Assembly (NCBI RefSeq): GCF_036588685.1
Contig: NC_086377.1
Span: 39,742,001 to 39,806,000 of the forward strand
Source of the DNA: Mytilus trossulus
Lineage: Eukaryota
Length of the DNA: 64,000 nt
Direction of reading: 5' to 3'
The position numbers were made by a program, and so were the translations under genes. The notes under the pieces are model-generated. The model saw nothing but the letters and a program-made list of their open reading frames with translations. It did no database searches and was not told the origin of the DNA. Below, in pieces: positions 26,311 through 41,100 of the stretch. Each line of letters begins with the position of its first letter. Within the stretch, counting starts at the first letter, position 1.

Positions 26311-26688
26311 GGATGTTCGCTACTCTGTTAAAAAATAACAAGCTTTTTAAAAGTCTATTATGAATTGACAGAATATAAATAAAGAAACTAAAAAAATAGA
26401 AACAAATGGAGGGTCTGTGTGCTCGTTTTCTAACTATAAGCCATTGAAAATTTGACGGAAAATAATTCTCTCTAGACTTTTCATATATTTAACATTTTCA
26501 CCTTATTTAAACTATGAAAATATAACAATTTTATTAAATTTTGAAATATGGCTTTTTAAACTTTATGTAATAAAATTATGAAAAGAAAAGTAGGGGTAAG
26601 TGTGATTTTTTTTAATAACAATGCATGGATAAAACCAGAGGGTTCCGAAAATCTGACAAAAAGTCAAAATATGGAGGAGCAAACATCC
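26311..26688. mobile_element. Non-autonomous DNA transposon with TTAA TSD (Kolobok-like)
   Basis: TTAA-ggatgttcgct ... agcaaacatcc-TTAA (10/11 TIR match). Confidence 0.65.
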
Positions 26689-28694
26689 TTAAGATAATAA
26701 ATCTGATTAAATCATTTCCATTTCCTAAAATCCACGAATTAAATAACCTAAAAATCAAAATGTAAGCAAATTATTCATAAGGGACAAACAAGAAAAGGGA
26801 CAAATGAAGCAAACCAACTTCTAAATCTCCAATTCCAGGAGAGTGTTGAATACTTGTAAAAACGGTTTCAGATTATCTTCGAGAATCTTGCCCTGAAACA
26901 TTTTTATTGTGCAATTGGTATCATTGGCTACAATTAATACGCTTAATAAAAACGCACAATATTGCAGTTTATGGTGTGATGTTTTTACCTCTTTCATCAT
27001 GTTCGTGAAAATTGTGCCAGTTTCATGTTGTGTTAATTTGCTTTTTTTATTGTTATTTTTATTTTTATCATTTAGCCTTAAGCTACATTTAAGCATTTGA
27101 TGGGTGGTATACAACACCAAATCAGATTATAACTTTATAGGAAAAATGTACTTCACATTTCCATACGCATAAAATTGTTAAGTATTATATGCATGTATAT
27201 CCATAAAGTTCCATTTACATTTTTCAATTCCATATAAAATTTAGGTTGACTGTTTATCAATATTATCTTAAGCTCTTAAAATATTGTAAAAGATTGGTTT
27301 TGACATGCGGCGACTTTTGATTCACTGTTTTGTACAAGTATTATTGTGTTCTAATTTCTTTTTTATTTTATTGAAAGTTGGATTTGTTATTTATTAGTTT
27401 TTGAACGAACATTAAAAGTTAAAAAGGTTACAGTTCATTATATGATTTACTCTGAATAAGGAAGATTTGTTATGTATACTGATAGATATTGTAAAATGAT
27501 GACATACTGGTTTAAAATATTATGTACAGATACATGTAATGTGAAAATAATAACATGTTATGATAACATTTTTGATCTGTTGTAAAAAGCCTTATGATAT
27601 AGAATTCAGTTGGCTTTAAAAATAAAATATGTAGTATATACACATGGTTTTGATCATACATGCATACATGTATGTTCAGCAATATATTATATAAGTAGAT
27701 TTTCCGTTGAGTTTAAAAAACGACTAACTGATCACTTTATAAATGAAACAATATCGTTTTTGAAGAATCATCTAAATGTGTGTGAACAAGTATAAATACG
27801 ATACACACGGTTTATATATTTACTAAATAAAAGTCGTCTATTATGTATTTTTAAAACCATTAAATTGTATATATATAGAAAACATGATAGAGGCAAGTCG
27901 CTTTTATTTTTTTATTTATTTTATTTTTTGTCTATTAACGCCACTTGTAAGCACTGCTTTTGGGGTATATCGTGGCGGCCAGTTTTTATTATGAGGATAT
28001 CTGTAAAAGATATACAAAACAATACTGTGAAAAAAAAATCAGTATATTATCAGAAGAAAATATTTAACTTAAAAAGTTAAAAAGTTAGGTACATATTAAT
28101 CTGTTTTGTTTGCTACCAAAAATCTTGGTTATTCATTGTGCTGTGTGCCAAGCTTCGCCATTGTTTTTAATAAATGCATATCAATTTTTTTTGTATCATT
28201 ATCTGTTTATATATGTGTGTGTGTATATTATTTAAATTTAAATGTAATTTTGTGCAGATATTATCAATAGAAAATATAAAACTAAATAATTTAGGTACAT
28301 ATTTGTCTGGTTTTGTTTGCTGCCAAAAATCTTTGTTATTCGTATATGGTGTCTGACATGTTTCGCTATTGTTTTTAAAAAGTGCATATCAATTTTATTT
28401 GCTATCTTTAATCGTTTATGTATGTATGTGTGTAATATATTTAAATGTAAATTTGTTCCATTGCTATCATCCTTGTTGCTTTTGAGAATTAAGTATAAAT
28501 ATACTTTCTTATACCATGACCCTTTTAGTATCTTTATATTCTGGATGTTTCACTTACCAGATGTAACGTAGTAATTGTCATAATATGTTAACGACTTGAT
28601 GACATTGGAATATTAGTATCTTTGCGTTTTGGTTTCGAGCACAACAGTGACTGTCATTCATAACTTTGCAATGATTGCAAGGTTCTAAAATAAT

Positions 28695-28960
28695 TTGATT
28701 TGATTTGATTATCGGTATTCTTAACGATGTTTAAAAGCACCGTTTTTGTGCTATTTTAAGGAAAACAGTTTTTATTGATGAAGGAAGCTTGAGTGTCCTG
28801 TAAAAAAAACCCACAGACTTTAGATAGGGAAGTTGACAATCCTAGTCAATAAGGTTTGAAGCCGAGTGCACCCACACGAGCGCGGTTCGAACACACAACC
28901 TCAATGTTGACTAGCTAGTGATTACATTATTATCTAATTAGACCACTCGGCCAACAAGGT
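28695..28960 (-). mobile_element. tRNA-derived SINE
   Basis: Minus strand has A-box TGGCCGAGTGG, B-box GTTCGAACC and a (tcaaa)n tail; related copies at 29965-30230, 45187-45360, 52320-52515, 59175-59370. Confidence 0.75.
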
Positions 28961-29964
28961 CCTTAAGATCGCTTTTATAAAGTCAACCGAAATAAAAGAT
29001 AGTGTACAAAGTGTTACGATACATTAATTGAAGATGAGTGTCATTTTATTTTAATATGTAAGAACTATGAAGGTATCCTTAAAAGATATATAAAACATAT
29101 ATCATTTATATTGAAGAACTTCTTCAGTTTTTACCTTGAGCTGTTATTGCCAATAGAAACTATACAACTGAATAATTTTTTAAATATCTGGGTTTTTTTT
29201 GCTGCCAAAAATCTCTTTGTTCATATATAGTGTGTGCCATGTTTTTAACAAATGCGTCTCAATTTTGTTTGTTATTTTTAACTGTTTATGTTTGTATGTG
29301 TGTATTATATTTTAATGTCAATTTATTAAATGCTTATTAGCCTTGTTGCTTTTGAGAAATAAAATATTAATAAACTTTCTAATACCACGATCCTTTTAGT
29401 ATTTTTCCATTCTGGATTTTCCACTTACCATATATAGATAAAGGCAACAGAAGTATACCGCTGTTCAAAACTCGTAAATCGAGGGACAAAAAACAATATC
29501 GGGGTAACAAACTAAAACAGAGGGAAACGCATTAAAATTTAAGAGGAGAACAACGACACAACATTAAAATGTAACACACACAGAAACGGACTTAGCATTA
29601 GACACAATCCGATGAGTATAACAAATATAACTTCAAAACCAAATACATGGATTTGGGATAGAAAAGTACCGTGACACGTCTTATAGTAATGTGAATTCAC
29701 ACTCAAATATAAGAGAAAACAAACGACACAACGTTAAAATGTAACACACACAGAAACGAACTATAATATAACAATGGCCATACTCCTGACTTGGCACAGG
29801 ACCTTTTTTAAAAAGAAAAACATGGTGGGTTGAACCTGAACTTAGTTATTGTCATAATCTGTTCACGACTTGATGGAATTGGAATATAAGTAACTTTGCG
29901 TTTTGGTTTAGAACACAACAGTAACTGCCATGCACAACTTTGTAATGATTGCAAGGTTCTGAAA

Positions 29965-30230
29965 TGATTTGAATTGATTTAATTTTCTGTGTGTTAACGC
30001 AACTTCCAAGAACCGCTTTTGTTCTGTTTCGTGAAAGCCAGTTTTATTTGAGGAGGAAGCAGGGGTGTCCTTGAAAACAATCGACCTTCAATAGAAAAAC
30101 TGATTATCCTAGTCAATAAAGATCGTAGTCGTGTGCACCAGAATAAGCGAGGTTCTAACTCTAAACCTCAGTGTTGACTGGCTAGTGTCTACATAATTAA
30201 CAATTAATAACACTCGGCCACTGAGGCGCT
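29965..30230 (-). mobile_element. tRNA-derived SINE (copy within local duplication 28290-28960 / 29180-30230)
   Basis: Homologous to 28695-28960, including upstream flank. Confidence 0.7.
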
Positions 30231-31704
30231 GTTCTAAAATGAGAATGAATAAATACTGAAAAATATTCAGTCAATTCCCTAAGTCGTTATCCCCATTATT
30301 TTAAATCGTAAGGTATTAGGTCACTAGCACACGGTATTACATATTGTATCGCACCTCAAGGACATAAATGACATTGTGATTGGTCTAACGACGCCACGTG
30401 GGTACCCTTATATGTATTTATAGGGGGTCAGTAGATTTCAAAGTCTTCAAGTATGGCATGTCTAATTATTTTGTCATTGAATTGATTGTGTATTTAAATG
30501 AAACGAGACAATACATTCGTGTGTCCGATAAACTCGTTATACGGTTTGCTCTGACTTATGATTCATCCATATACATTCTGTTAACAGTCTACGAATATGA
30601 AGTTATTCAAAAGAAACCCATATGACTATGATATTTGATTTGAAAACCGAGACTATACGACGAATTATAAACGCAACCAAAATGTAACCGAACAATGCCA
30701 AAGTTACGTAATTAAAGGCAATAGTAGTATACCATGTATACCTCAGATCAAAATTCGTAAATCTATTGAGAGAAAACAAATCCAGCTAACAAACCAAAAC
30801 TGAGGGAAACACAGTAAATATAAGAGGAAAACAACGGAACAACAAAAACACAACGCCAACAGCTTCAAACCATCATTTTGTAAATACGAAAATCCACCAT
30901 TTCTACATAAAAAAAATATCTGTACACAGTCAGGAATATGACAGTTGTTATACATTCATTTGATGTCTTTCAGCTTTTGATTTTGCCATTTCATTAGGAA
31001 CTTTCCGTTTTGAATTTTCCTCGGAGTTCAGCATTTTTGTGATTTTACTTTTATTTTTTTTTATCTTCTAAAAAAACTATGTTGTGTATAAAAGTCTTTA
31101 AATGTTTGACAATATATAACATGTATAATTACATGTATAAGCAGGATATCTGTGTGCGGTCCATGATGATATACGATCACGTAAGGTCCTTGGTGTAGCA
31201 GTTTTGTCACGTTCTACACCTAAGTCATGTGTACAAGATTCTGCAAAGAATTCATGGAAATTAATTTGATTTATTTAGTCGTTGAAGTTGGTATATATTG
31301 GAAATACGTCGGATTAGACAATAAAAGATGAAAAAAAGTATTTAAAGACAGATTTACCGATACCGAGCTAAATAATATAAATATATATATATTTATCTTA
31401 CCTCCTATAGCATGGATATTGATAAAGGGTGTCCTAACAAATATATGATTAGTTACTATTGAGGGTAAGTAAGGAGTAACTCCCCTTTTCAAACAAAAAT
31501 GAAATCTGAACGTTTGAACAGAAGACGAATCTGATAATACACGATTACAATGCATTCTTTAAACAAATTTAAAGCTAACATGTTGTAATTGTAAGCATTT
31601 GTTTTTTGTATAGAAATTTGGAAGCATGTTGGTTCTAAAACATGTTAAAACTAAGACTTCATCACTTTCGTAGGCTGCTAGTCTAAATACCACATGTGAA
31701 CATA

Positions 31705-31922
31705 CTGTAAACCAACTTAATTTCGCAGGTACTTTATTTCGCGTTTTACCCTTTCTTGACCACTTCGCGGCTATTTAATTTCGCGATTATCTGATTTACT
31801 TGATGCAGTTTATTTAGGAAAGATCAAAGATTGACATATTCGCGTCGATTTATATTCGCGCTATTTGTCTGCTCGCGAAAGTCGCGAAAATAAATCGCTC
31901 ACGAAAATAAGTTGGTTTACAG
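31705..31922. mobile_element. Tc1/mariner-type MITE, same family as 24537-24752, opposite orientation
   Basis: TA-ctgtaaaccaactt...aagttggtttacag-TA. Confidence 0.88.
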
Positions 31923-33824
31923 TAGTCGGTAAGATAAACTCGTTACACGGTGTGTCAGTGACGTAATACGATATAAATGTGGTCAGTAAATTATATATTG
32001 GGATTTTACTGACCACATACATGTATATATCGTATTTGGCCATAAGGACATGTCGCAACTAACAATTCTGTAAACATATTTATAGATTTCTGATTGGTGA
32101 TAACAAGTTTTAGAAATAACAAGAAAAACAGTGTTTGGGGAGATAACTCTTACATATTAACGTATTCTGATCCGCAATGCCAGTTTCAAAAGCGTGATAA
32201 CTGTTCGACATCATATTCCAATTATCTAATCAACATCTTGCGAAACATCAAACAAACAAACAAACAAACAAAGGAAAAAAAATCGGTGGAAGAAAAAAAA
32301 ATAATATTCAAAACAAAATCAATAGGTCTTTCGACGAAAAATTGGAAAGACATAATAATCAGAACAAAATCAATAGGTCTTTCATCCTAATTGATTAATT
32401 CAAACATATACTATTCATACGATTTAGAACAAATCTTGGAGCCAGATATTAAACAATGTTAAATAATACATTTTGTATTATTTTAACACAAAAAGGATCA
32501 CCGCTAATAGTAGCGTTCCATTTCTATACTATTGTAAAACAAGCATTTTTTGCGCCTGTCCAAAGTCAGGAGCCTCTGGCCTTTGTTAGTCTTGTATTTT
32601 TTTAAATTTTAGTTTTTTGTGTACAATTTGGAGTTCAGTATGGCGTTCATTATCACTGAACTATTGAATATTTGTTTAGGGGCCAGCTGAAGTGAAGGAC
32701 GTCTCCGGGTGCGGGAATTTCTCGATGCATTGAAGACCTGTTAGTGACTTTCTGCTGTTGTCTTCTCTATGGTCGGGTTGTTGTCTCTTTGACAGATACC
32801 CCATTTCCATTCTCATTCTTATATTAAGAAATAATGTGTCATGAAACAAATCTCCAGACTTCATTCTCTACAATTTGTTAACTACAGAGCCTTAACTCCC
32901 ATTTGAATGGTTTCATACTATTTATTTTGGGAGTCTCATGAAGAACAGCAAGCTATAAAAAAAATGACAAGTGTTTAACCATTCAAAAGGGAGTTAACTT
33001 GTTTGAGATAAAATATGAATTATTAAAATGTTTAACTCAGATATTCACAAACTTTCAATAGATATGTTCGAATAAGACACGCATGCTTTTCTTCTAATGT
33101 ATATGTTTCCACAAAGTTAAGGTCTTAACGGTCTTAAGTTCATGTTTGCAATACATGTTTTCAACCATGTATCATAAACTGTACTGATCGATCTACAACC
33201 ATATATGTATCATTCAGTAATAACTAACACACAGTGATTGTAGGCAAAATGTATTATATTCTTGAAAAAGTTGCGTCTCATTTTAGAAATCAATTTAAAT
33301 ATAATGAATGCTGCCGTTCGATGCTTTTCTGATATTTTGTTCGGCTGTTATATTGATTTGTTTCTCATTTTTATCTTCATGAATATATATATATTAAAAA
33401 AATTTAAATTCGCAAACTACATGTCACATCAAATAATAAACAAGTTAACTCCCGTTTGAATGGTTCTTCACTTGTATATATATGTACGTATAATTCAAAA
33501 CTATAATACATTCAACAATCTGCAGGAATTATTTTGCTATGGAAATACATGGTCAGTTGTAATTTTATTTGGACATTGTTAGGTAATTTCCCTCAAGTAT
33601 CATGTCTCACGTGAACAGTACAAAAAACAAATTATGTAAAACATAATTTTGTGTTAGTGCTACCTTAACACGTATAAGGTCATGTTTTAATCACAATCTG
33701 CGTAATAGTGTTTTTTGTATATCATTTCGTAATGGTATTTACCGTCATTTGGTGGTATATAAAACGAAAGCTTTCCCATTCTTTTATTAAACGTATTTAT
33801 TCAAAACAGTTATACAGATTATAC

Positions 33825-34944
33825 ATGGCATCTGATGTTGCCTTCAAAGATGCCGTTGGTGACCTATCCTTTTCCTTGTACAATGCAGTGGAAAAAAGTG
33901 GGAATGAAGTGATTTCTCCATACAGTATAACAAGTGCACTGATGCTTTTGATGCTCGGGACTTGTGGTACTACAAACAAACAAATGAGATCTTCGCTGTT
34001 CAAATAAAACATAGCTGGGGATGTCAACATCGGGTACAAACTTCTCAACGATAAACTGTCATCACTAACAAGGAATGGAGTACAGATTTCGATTGGTAAC
34101 ATACTTTTTGGAGATAACGAATTAAATGTATTGAACACATTAACTACGAATGCTTTAAAATACTACGGTAGCGATTTTAAAGGCATGAATTTTAAATCGG
34201 CACCAGATCAACCAAGAATCAGCGTCAATAATTGAATTGCAAACGCAACGAGAGAAAAAATTAAAAACTTGTTTGCACCTAGTACCATAAATTCGGCAAC
34301 TTTAATGGTTTTAGCCAATGCAATTTACTTTAGAGGTACTTGGATTAAAGAGTTTAACCCGAATAACACAACAAAGAGGAATTTTCTGGACGAATCTAAC
34401 CAGCAAAAAAAAAGTTGATATGATGTATGACCAACGATATGTGAAAACACTGAGTTGAATTGCAAGATTTTGCAACTGCAATACACGGGGAATAAATTTT
34501 CTATAATATTCCTATAACTCAATGATCAAAATGGCCTTCTCAACTTGAAAGTAAAATAAATATGGCAACATTTATAAGTCTGCTTTCTGGGATTAGACGA
34601 CGAGATACAATAATCAGAATTCCAAAATTTACATTTTAACTTAGTATGATTTAAAACCAGTAATTTCAGCATTAGGAATTACTGAAATATTTGATTTTCA
34701 GACATCAAATTTCTCAAATATGACCACCCTAAAACGAGTTTTTGTAAATGACGCTCGCCATAAGTCATTTAAAGAAGTCACAGAACATGGTACGGAAGCT
34801 GCTGCTGCTACAACGGTTCAGATGGTGATGACAAGTTCAATTCGCGGACCATTTCAGTTTGTAGCTGACCATTCATTTATGTTTGTCATACGTGATAATA
34901 ATTCAGTAACTATTATGTTTGTTGGACGGTTTGTTAACCCATGA
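33825..34944 (+). pseudogene. Serpin pseudogene (copy P)
   Basis: Colinear with the intact serpins; CAA-to-TAA at 34005, TGG-to-TGA at 34233, +1 in A-run ~34405-34413, ~10-nt deletion ~34440, further indels; RCL EHGTEAAAATTVQMVMTSSIRG. Confidence 0.95.
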
Positions 34945-37375
34945 ACGAATATAAAGTAAAATTTGTCAGCTTTAATTCATGTTAAATTGTTGTATTTCTA
35001 TTATAAACATAACCTCAATCAATATTGCATTATCTTATTTGAGGTGACTAGATTATAGCGCGTCACGAACATGAACAGTTATGCTGAACAGTGGTGTAGT
35101 CTGTTGGTTTTTTTCCATTCTATTTTGCGATGGATGTTTTTCGCTTATAGTTAAATATTTTCGCAACTATTCAATTCCTGAGTGTGATCTAACATGTTTA
35201 CATGCTTTGATTTTTTATTGCATACACAGTTCATCTCATAATTCGATTTCTTTTATCTATAGTAATGATTAAGATACAGCAATATCATTTATACAGAAAT
35301 ATATAATCAACATAATAAAAACACTACCTTTAGAAAACACATAAACCTGCATAAAGTCGAAGAGCTTTAAAAGATCCACTAGACCTGTACAGTTTTTTTC
35401 TGTTTCAAGTAAACGAAAACGTTTCAACATACACGAGTTTGCATACCGAAACACGACGGGTGTCACGTGTGTGCCTCTTGAAAGCCTGACTGCGATCACC
35501 TCCGATATAAGGTGTGTATATGTGATCCATGATTTTATGCTATTTGCTATGTAATTTTTCATTGAAAATAAATATATAAGAGAAAGGAACACTTGTATGA
35601 TTTTATTAAATATATACATCCAAAAAATGTAATTTAATAACTGATAATTTATATCAATGTTCAATCATTATCACATGTATCCCCTTTTTAGGTGGTTTAC
35701 ATTAGTTAAAACATAAACTCACCATAGTTTGTTGCGGACACTTGAATTAAAGTCAGCCATGAGTTCATAAATGCCATAGTTTTAATATATTAATGATGCA
35801 AATGAAAATGTTTCTTATTGTTTTGTTACCATGGGTACGAAATGCTTAGTTTTTTTCTGTGAAATTAACTTTTTCAATCTTTTTTAATACAATTGTTTCA
35901 AAACCTTATTCGGCAGTCAGACAAAAATGAGTAAATATACATTTTGTAGAAATATTTGTTATCATTAAATTTAAAACCTAGTCATGCATGACTGTATTAA
36001 TTTTTTAACTGTGTTGCTATGAAAACAATTTCATGATGATATCCAAACGTTTGTTTCTCAAAAAAGCACGAAAGAAATAAAAATAAAACAACCTCCGATA
36101 AATTAAGTTTTACATACTTGGTATATATATGTGTAAAGCTCAGAATCGCTTTCATTCCCCAAACGTATCCATTTGACGTCGCTGAACTGCAAATATTTGT
36201 AGTTGCTGAAAAGCGCAAAAAACATGTCTTTTTATGAACACTCAATTGTATCCATTTTTTTAAACGCCATTCCGTGTCATTTCCCCTTAAACGTAGCATA
36301 TAGGTCAAAATCATCTCCTATTTAAAAGACAAGAAAACTAGAAGTCATTATTGCAATACCCTTAAAGGTAGTATAAGGCCTATCCGGAGTATATTAACAC
36401 AAATTAATTTGCTAAGAAAGCAGTGGACTTAACTGTACAAATTCGTTAATTGCAATTTTTACATTTGCTCTAAAGATGCATGAAATATTTCCTTCTAGAC
36501 AGGGATAAATCAACAGGCAATAGTTATGCAATGCTAATAAATTACCACAACAGTGAAGAATTGGGTAAACTTCCAACATTAAAAGTACATCCATATTCAA
36601 TTTAAAACGATGAGAATCTTATTTATAAAATGATTAATAAAACCGCTCTAAGTAGAAATAACTTTTTATTGTGTCATTCTTTACGTTATCTGGTATCTGT
36701 TTATTTATAAACAGAAGTCACTGTGCAGTGCTTAGCATAAATTGGACATTTGTCTATACGGATTACTACATCTTTTCTCCAGGAAGCCATAGGTGTGGCT
36801 TCCATAAAAAAAAAATTTGAATCCAACCGAATCCCGACTTTTTTTTTTATCGTAACCGCATCGTTGAATGTTCACTTTATTGACGTTATTGAGGATATAT
36901 TAGGGCTAAACATTTTGAGATGTCTTGCGTTCTAACGCTTTGGTGAATTACAATTATCGGACATGTTTGGGCGATTGATAATTTTAAAGACAAATGAACT
37001 TAGATACATATAGCAATAGACAATTTTTCATACATTTTGCAGGTTTTTGTTGTGTTTGTGAAATATAAATAATATTCCAGGTAGAATTAGTGAAGTATTG
37101 CCTAAGTAACAACAAATAATATGCATAAAATATGCATAAAATTGAATAACGCTAAAAAAATTACGGTAACCTTAATTTCTTTTACAAGAACTCAGATCTG
37201 TAAGTTTTCAATTCAATGCATTTTCATGATTTCTACCAGTCAGTCCATCAACTATTATTAAAATTATGTAGAGAAGATTAAAGATCAAACTGCAACTTAG
37301 TGTTAAAAGTTTGAAATTATAGCCGCTAGCTCTAAACAATTCATACACAATAACATTTGATTTTAGTGTTTTGAC

Positions 37376-38028
37376 ACCAGACTCAAGCTGGCAGCCACTT
37401 TTATCGGCCAATCAAGTTAGCAGCCACTTTTTTCCAGCAGCCAATTTTGACGATATGTCTAAAAACCAAAAAACTGCATGAGACTCAAACGATCCAAAAA
37501 TCGCTAAATCTTAGTTTAATATAGTTAAACAGCGGAATTCGACAATTTCGCGGCTTGTTCTGATTTTAAAAGCATTTCCTTACGTTTTAAATATGTATGT
37601 GAAGTAAGCTACCGGTTTGTTATTTGATATTCGATATTCAATATACAACCGGTTGCAAGCAGTCGATTCAATATCAAATTTTAGTTGAAAATCATTAAAC
37701 AGTATGATTTCATAGTTAACAGGAGTGACAAATTACGCCTAAATAGTTTCATGACCCCTTCAAGCTATCGTAAATTCTCGTTGTCCTCGAATATAAACCC
37801 TTATATAAGTTGCATATTTGTCTTTATGTAATCAAGATTTTTATCAATAAAACGATATAAAGATTCACCAAAGATTTAATTTAATTTATAATATATAAAA
37901 CTACAACTAAAGTCAGCCATTCTAAAAACATTCCAAAATATGAAAAGAAATATCTATGGAAAGCCAAAAAAAGAATAAATATATTGTGAAAACCTACGGG
38001 AGACCGCTCAGATGACAGTTAGACCCCT
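37376..38028 (+). repeat. Left terminal inverted repeat
   Basis: Reverse complement of 44526-45177, about 90% identical by eye, first 41 bp perfect. Confidence 0.92.
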
Positions 38029-38130
38029 GGTGTTTCAATACTCCAAATGTAACGATATTATAGACTCTGTAGTATATCAAATTGGGTGTAGAGATTAACG
38101 TGACTATAAGGATCTTGGATAATGGGTATT

Positions 38131-41100
38131 GAAAATACATAAATGGGCAACTTTGAACCTCTGTGGAGGCCAGACGGGCCCGGATCCCAGAAAAAAATAT
38201 TTAAGTGGGGAATAGCTTGGGTTAATACCTTTCAAATGAGCTAGGTCCGTTTCGGAACTTTGCCGTAGGGATATGCCGAAGAGTACCGAATGTAAAGTTG
38301 ATATGAAAAATACGTAAATGGGCAACTTTGAACCTCTGTGGTGGTCAGACGGGCCCGGATCCCAGAAAAATATTTAAGTGGGGAATAGCTTGGGTTAATA
38401 CCTTTAAAATGAGCTAGGTCCGGTTCGGAACTTTGCCGTAGGGATATGCCGAAGAGTACCGAATGTGTAGTTGATATGAAAAATACGTAAATGGGCAACT
38501 TTGAACCTCTGTGGTGGTCAGACGGGCCCGGATCCCAGAAAAATATTTAAGTGGGGAATAGCTTGGGTTAATACCTTTAAAATGAGCTAGGTCCGGTTCG
38601 GAACTTTGCCGTAGGGATATGTCGAAGAGTACCGAATGTGAAGTTGATATGAAAAATACGTAATTGCAACTTTGAACCTCTCTGGTGGCCAGACGGGCCC
38701 GGATCCCAGAAAAAATATTTAAATGGGGAATAGCTTGGGTTAATACCTTTAAAATGAGCTAGGTCCGGTTCGGAACTTTGCCGTAGGGATATGTCGAAGA
38801 GTACCGAATGTGAAGTTGATATGAAAAATACGAAAATGGGCAACTTTGAACCTCTCTGGTGGCCAGACGGGCCCGGATCCCAGAAAAAATATTTAAGTGG
38901 GGAATAGCTTGGGTTAATACCTTAAAAATGAGCTAGGTCCAGTTCGGAACTTTGCCGTAGGGATATGCCGAAGAGTACCGAATGTGTAGTTGATATGAAA
39001 AATACGTAAATGGGCAACTTTGAACCTCTGTGGTGGTCAGACGGGCCCGGATCCCAGAAAAATATTTAAGTGGGGAATAGCTTGGGTTAATACCTTTAAA
39101 ATGAGCTAGGTCCGGTTCGGAACTTTGCCGTAGGGATATGCCGAAGAGTACCGAATGTGTAGTTGATATGAAAAATACGTAAATGGGCAACTTTGAACCT
39201 CTGTGGTGGTCAGACGGGCCCGGATCCCAGAAAAATATTTAAGTGGGGAATAGCTTGGGTTAATACCTTTAAAATGAGCTAGGTCCGGTTCGGAACTTTG
39301 CCGTAGGGATATGCCGAAGAGTACCGAATGTGTAGTTGATATGAAAAATACGTAAATGGGCAACTTTGAACCTCTGTGGAGGCCAGACGGGCCCGGATCC
39401 CAGAAAAAAATATTTAAGTGGGGAATAGCTTGGGTTAATACCTTTCAAATGAGCTAGGTCCGTTTCGGAACTTTGCCGTAGGGATATGCCGAAGAGTACC
39501 GAATGTAAAGTTGATATGAAAAATACGTAAATGGGCAACTTTGAACCTCTGTGGTGGTCAGACGGGCCCGGATTCCAGAAAAATATTTAAGTGGGGAATA
39601 GCTTGGGTTAATACCTTTAAAATGAGCTAGGTCCGGTTCGGAACTTTGCCGTAGGGATATGCCGAAGAGTACCGAATGTGTAGTTGATATGAAAAATACG
39701 TAAATGGGCAACTTTGAACCTCTGTGGTGGTCAGACGGGCCCGGATCCCAGAAAAATATTTAAGTGGGGAATAGCTTGGGTTAATACCTTTAAAATGAGC
39801 TAGGTCCGGTTCGGAACTTTGCCGTAGGGATATGTCGAAGAGTACCGAATGTGAAGTTGATATGAAAAATACGTAATTGCAACTTTGAACCTCTCTGGTG
39901 GCCAGACGGGCCCGGATCCCAGAAAAAATATTTAAATGGGGAATAGCTTGGGTTAATACCTTTAAAATGAGCTAGGTCCGGTTCGGAACTTTGCCGTAGG
40001 GATATGTCGAAGAGTACCGAATGTGAAGTTGATATGAAAAATACGAAAATGGGCAATTTTGAACCTCTCTGGTGGCCAGACGGGCCCGGATCCCAGAAAA
40101 AATATTTAAGTGGGGAATAGCTTGGGTTAATACCTTAAAAATGAGCTAGGTCCAGTTCGGAACTTTGCCGTAGGGATATGCCGAAGAGTACCGAATGTGT
40201 AGTTGATATGAAAAATACGTAAATGGGCAACTTTGAACCTCTGTGGTGGTCAGACGGGCCCGGATCCCAGAAAAATATTTAAGTGGGGAATAGCTTGGGT
40301 TAATACCTTTAAAATGAGCTAGGTCCGGTTTGGAACTTTGCCGTAGGGATATGTCGAAGAGTACCGAATGTGAAGTTGATATGAAAAATACGTAAATGGG
40401 CAACTTTGAACCTCTGTGGTGGCCAGACGGGCCCGGATCCCAGAAAAATATTTAAGTGGGGAATAGCTTGGGTTTAAACCTTTGAAATGAGCTAGGTCCG
40501 GTTCGAAACTTTGCCGTAGGGATATGCCGAAGAGTACCGAATAGGTAGTTGATATGAAAAATACGTAAATGGGCAACTTTGAACCTCTGTGGTGGCAAAA
40601 CGGGCCCGGATCCCAGAAAAAAATATTTAAGTGGGAAATAGCTTGGGTTAATACCTTTAAAATGAGCTAGGTCCGGTTCGGAACTTTGCCGTAGGGATAT
40701 GCGGAAGAGTACCGAATGTGAAGTTGATATGAAAAATACGTAAATGGGCAACTTTGAACCTCTGTGGTGGTCAGACGGGCCCGGATCTCAGAAAAATATT
40801 TAAGTGGGGAATAACTTGAGTTAATACCTTTAAAATGAGCTAGGTCCGGTTTCGGAACTTTGCCGTAGGAATATGTCGAAGAGTACCGAATGTGAAGTTG
40901 ATATGAAAAATACGTAAATGGGCAACTTTGAACCTCTGTGGTGGCCAGACGGGCCCGGCTCCCATAAAAATATTTAAGTGGGGAATAGCTTGGGTTTAAA
41001 CCTTTGAAAGTAGCTAGGTCCGGTTCGGAACTTTGCCGTAGGGATATGCCGAGGAGTACCGAATGTGTAGTTGATATGAAAAATACGTAAATGGGCAACT

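Noticed and set aside
28860-28955. tRNA gene
   Set aside because: A and B boxes are present but no cloverleaf, and it is attached to a repeated body and tail: a SINE head
35269-35664. 131-aa minus-strand ORF kept open in all three spacers (also 49582, 56579)
   Set aside because: TTG start, no domain, overlaps repeat-derived sequence; persistence is explained by recent duplication
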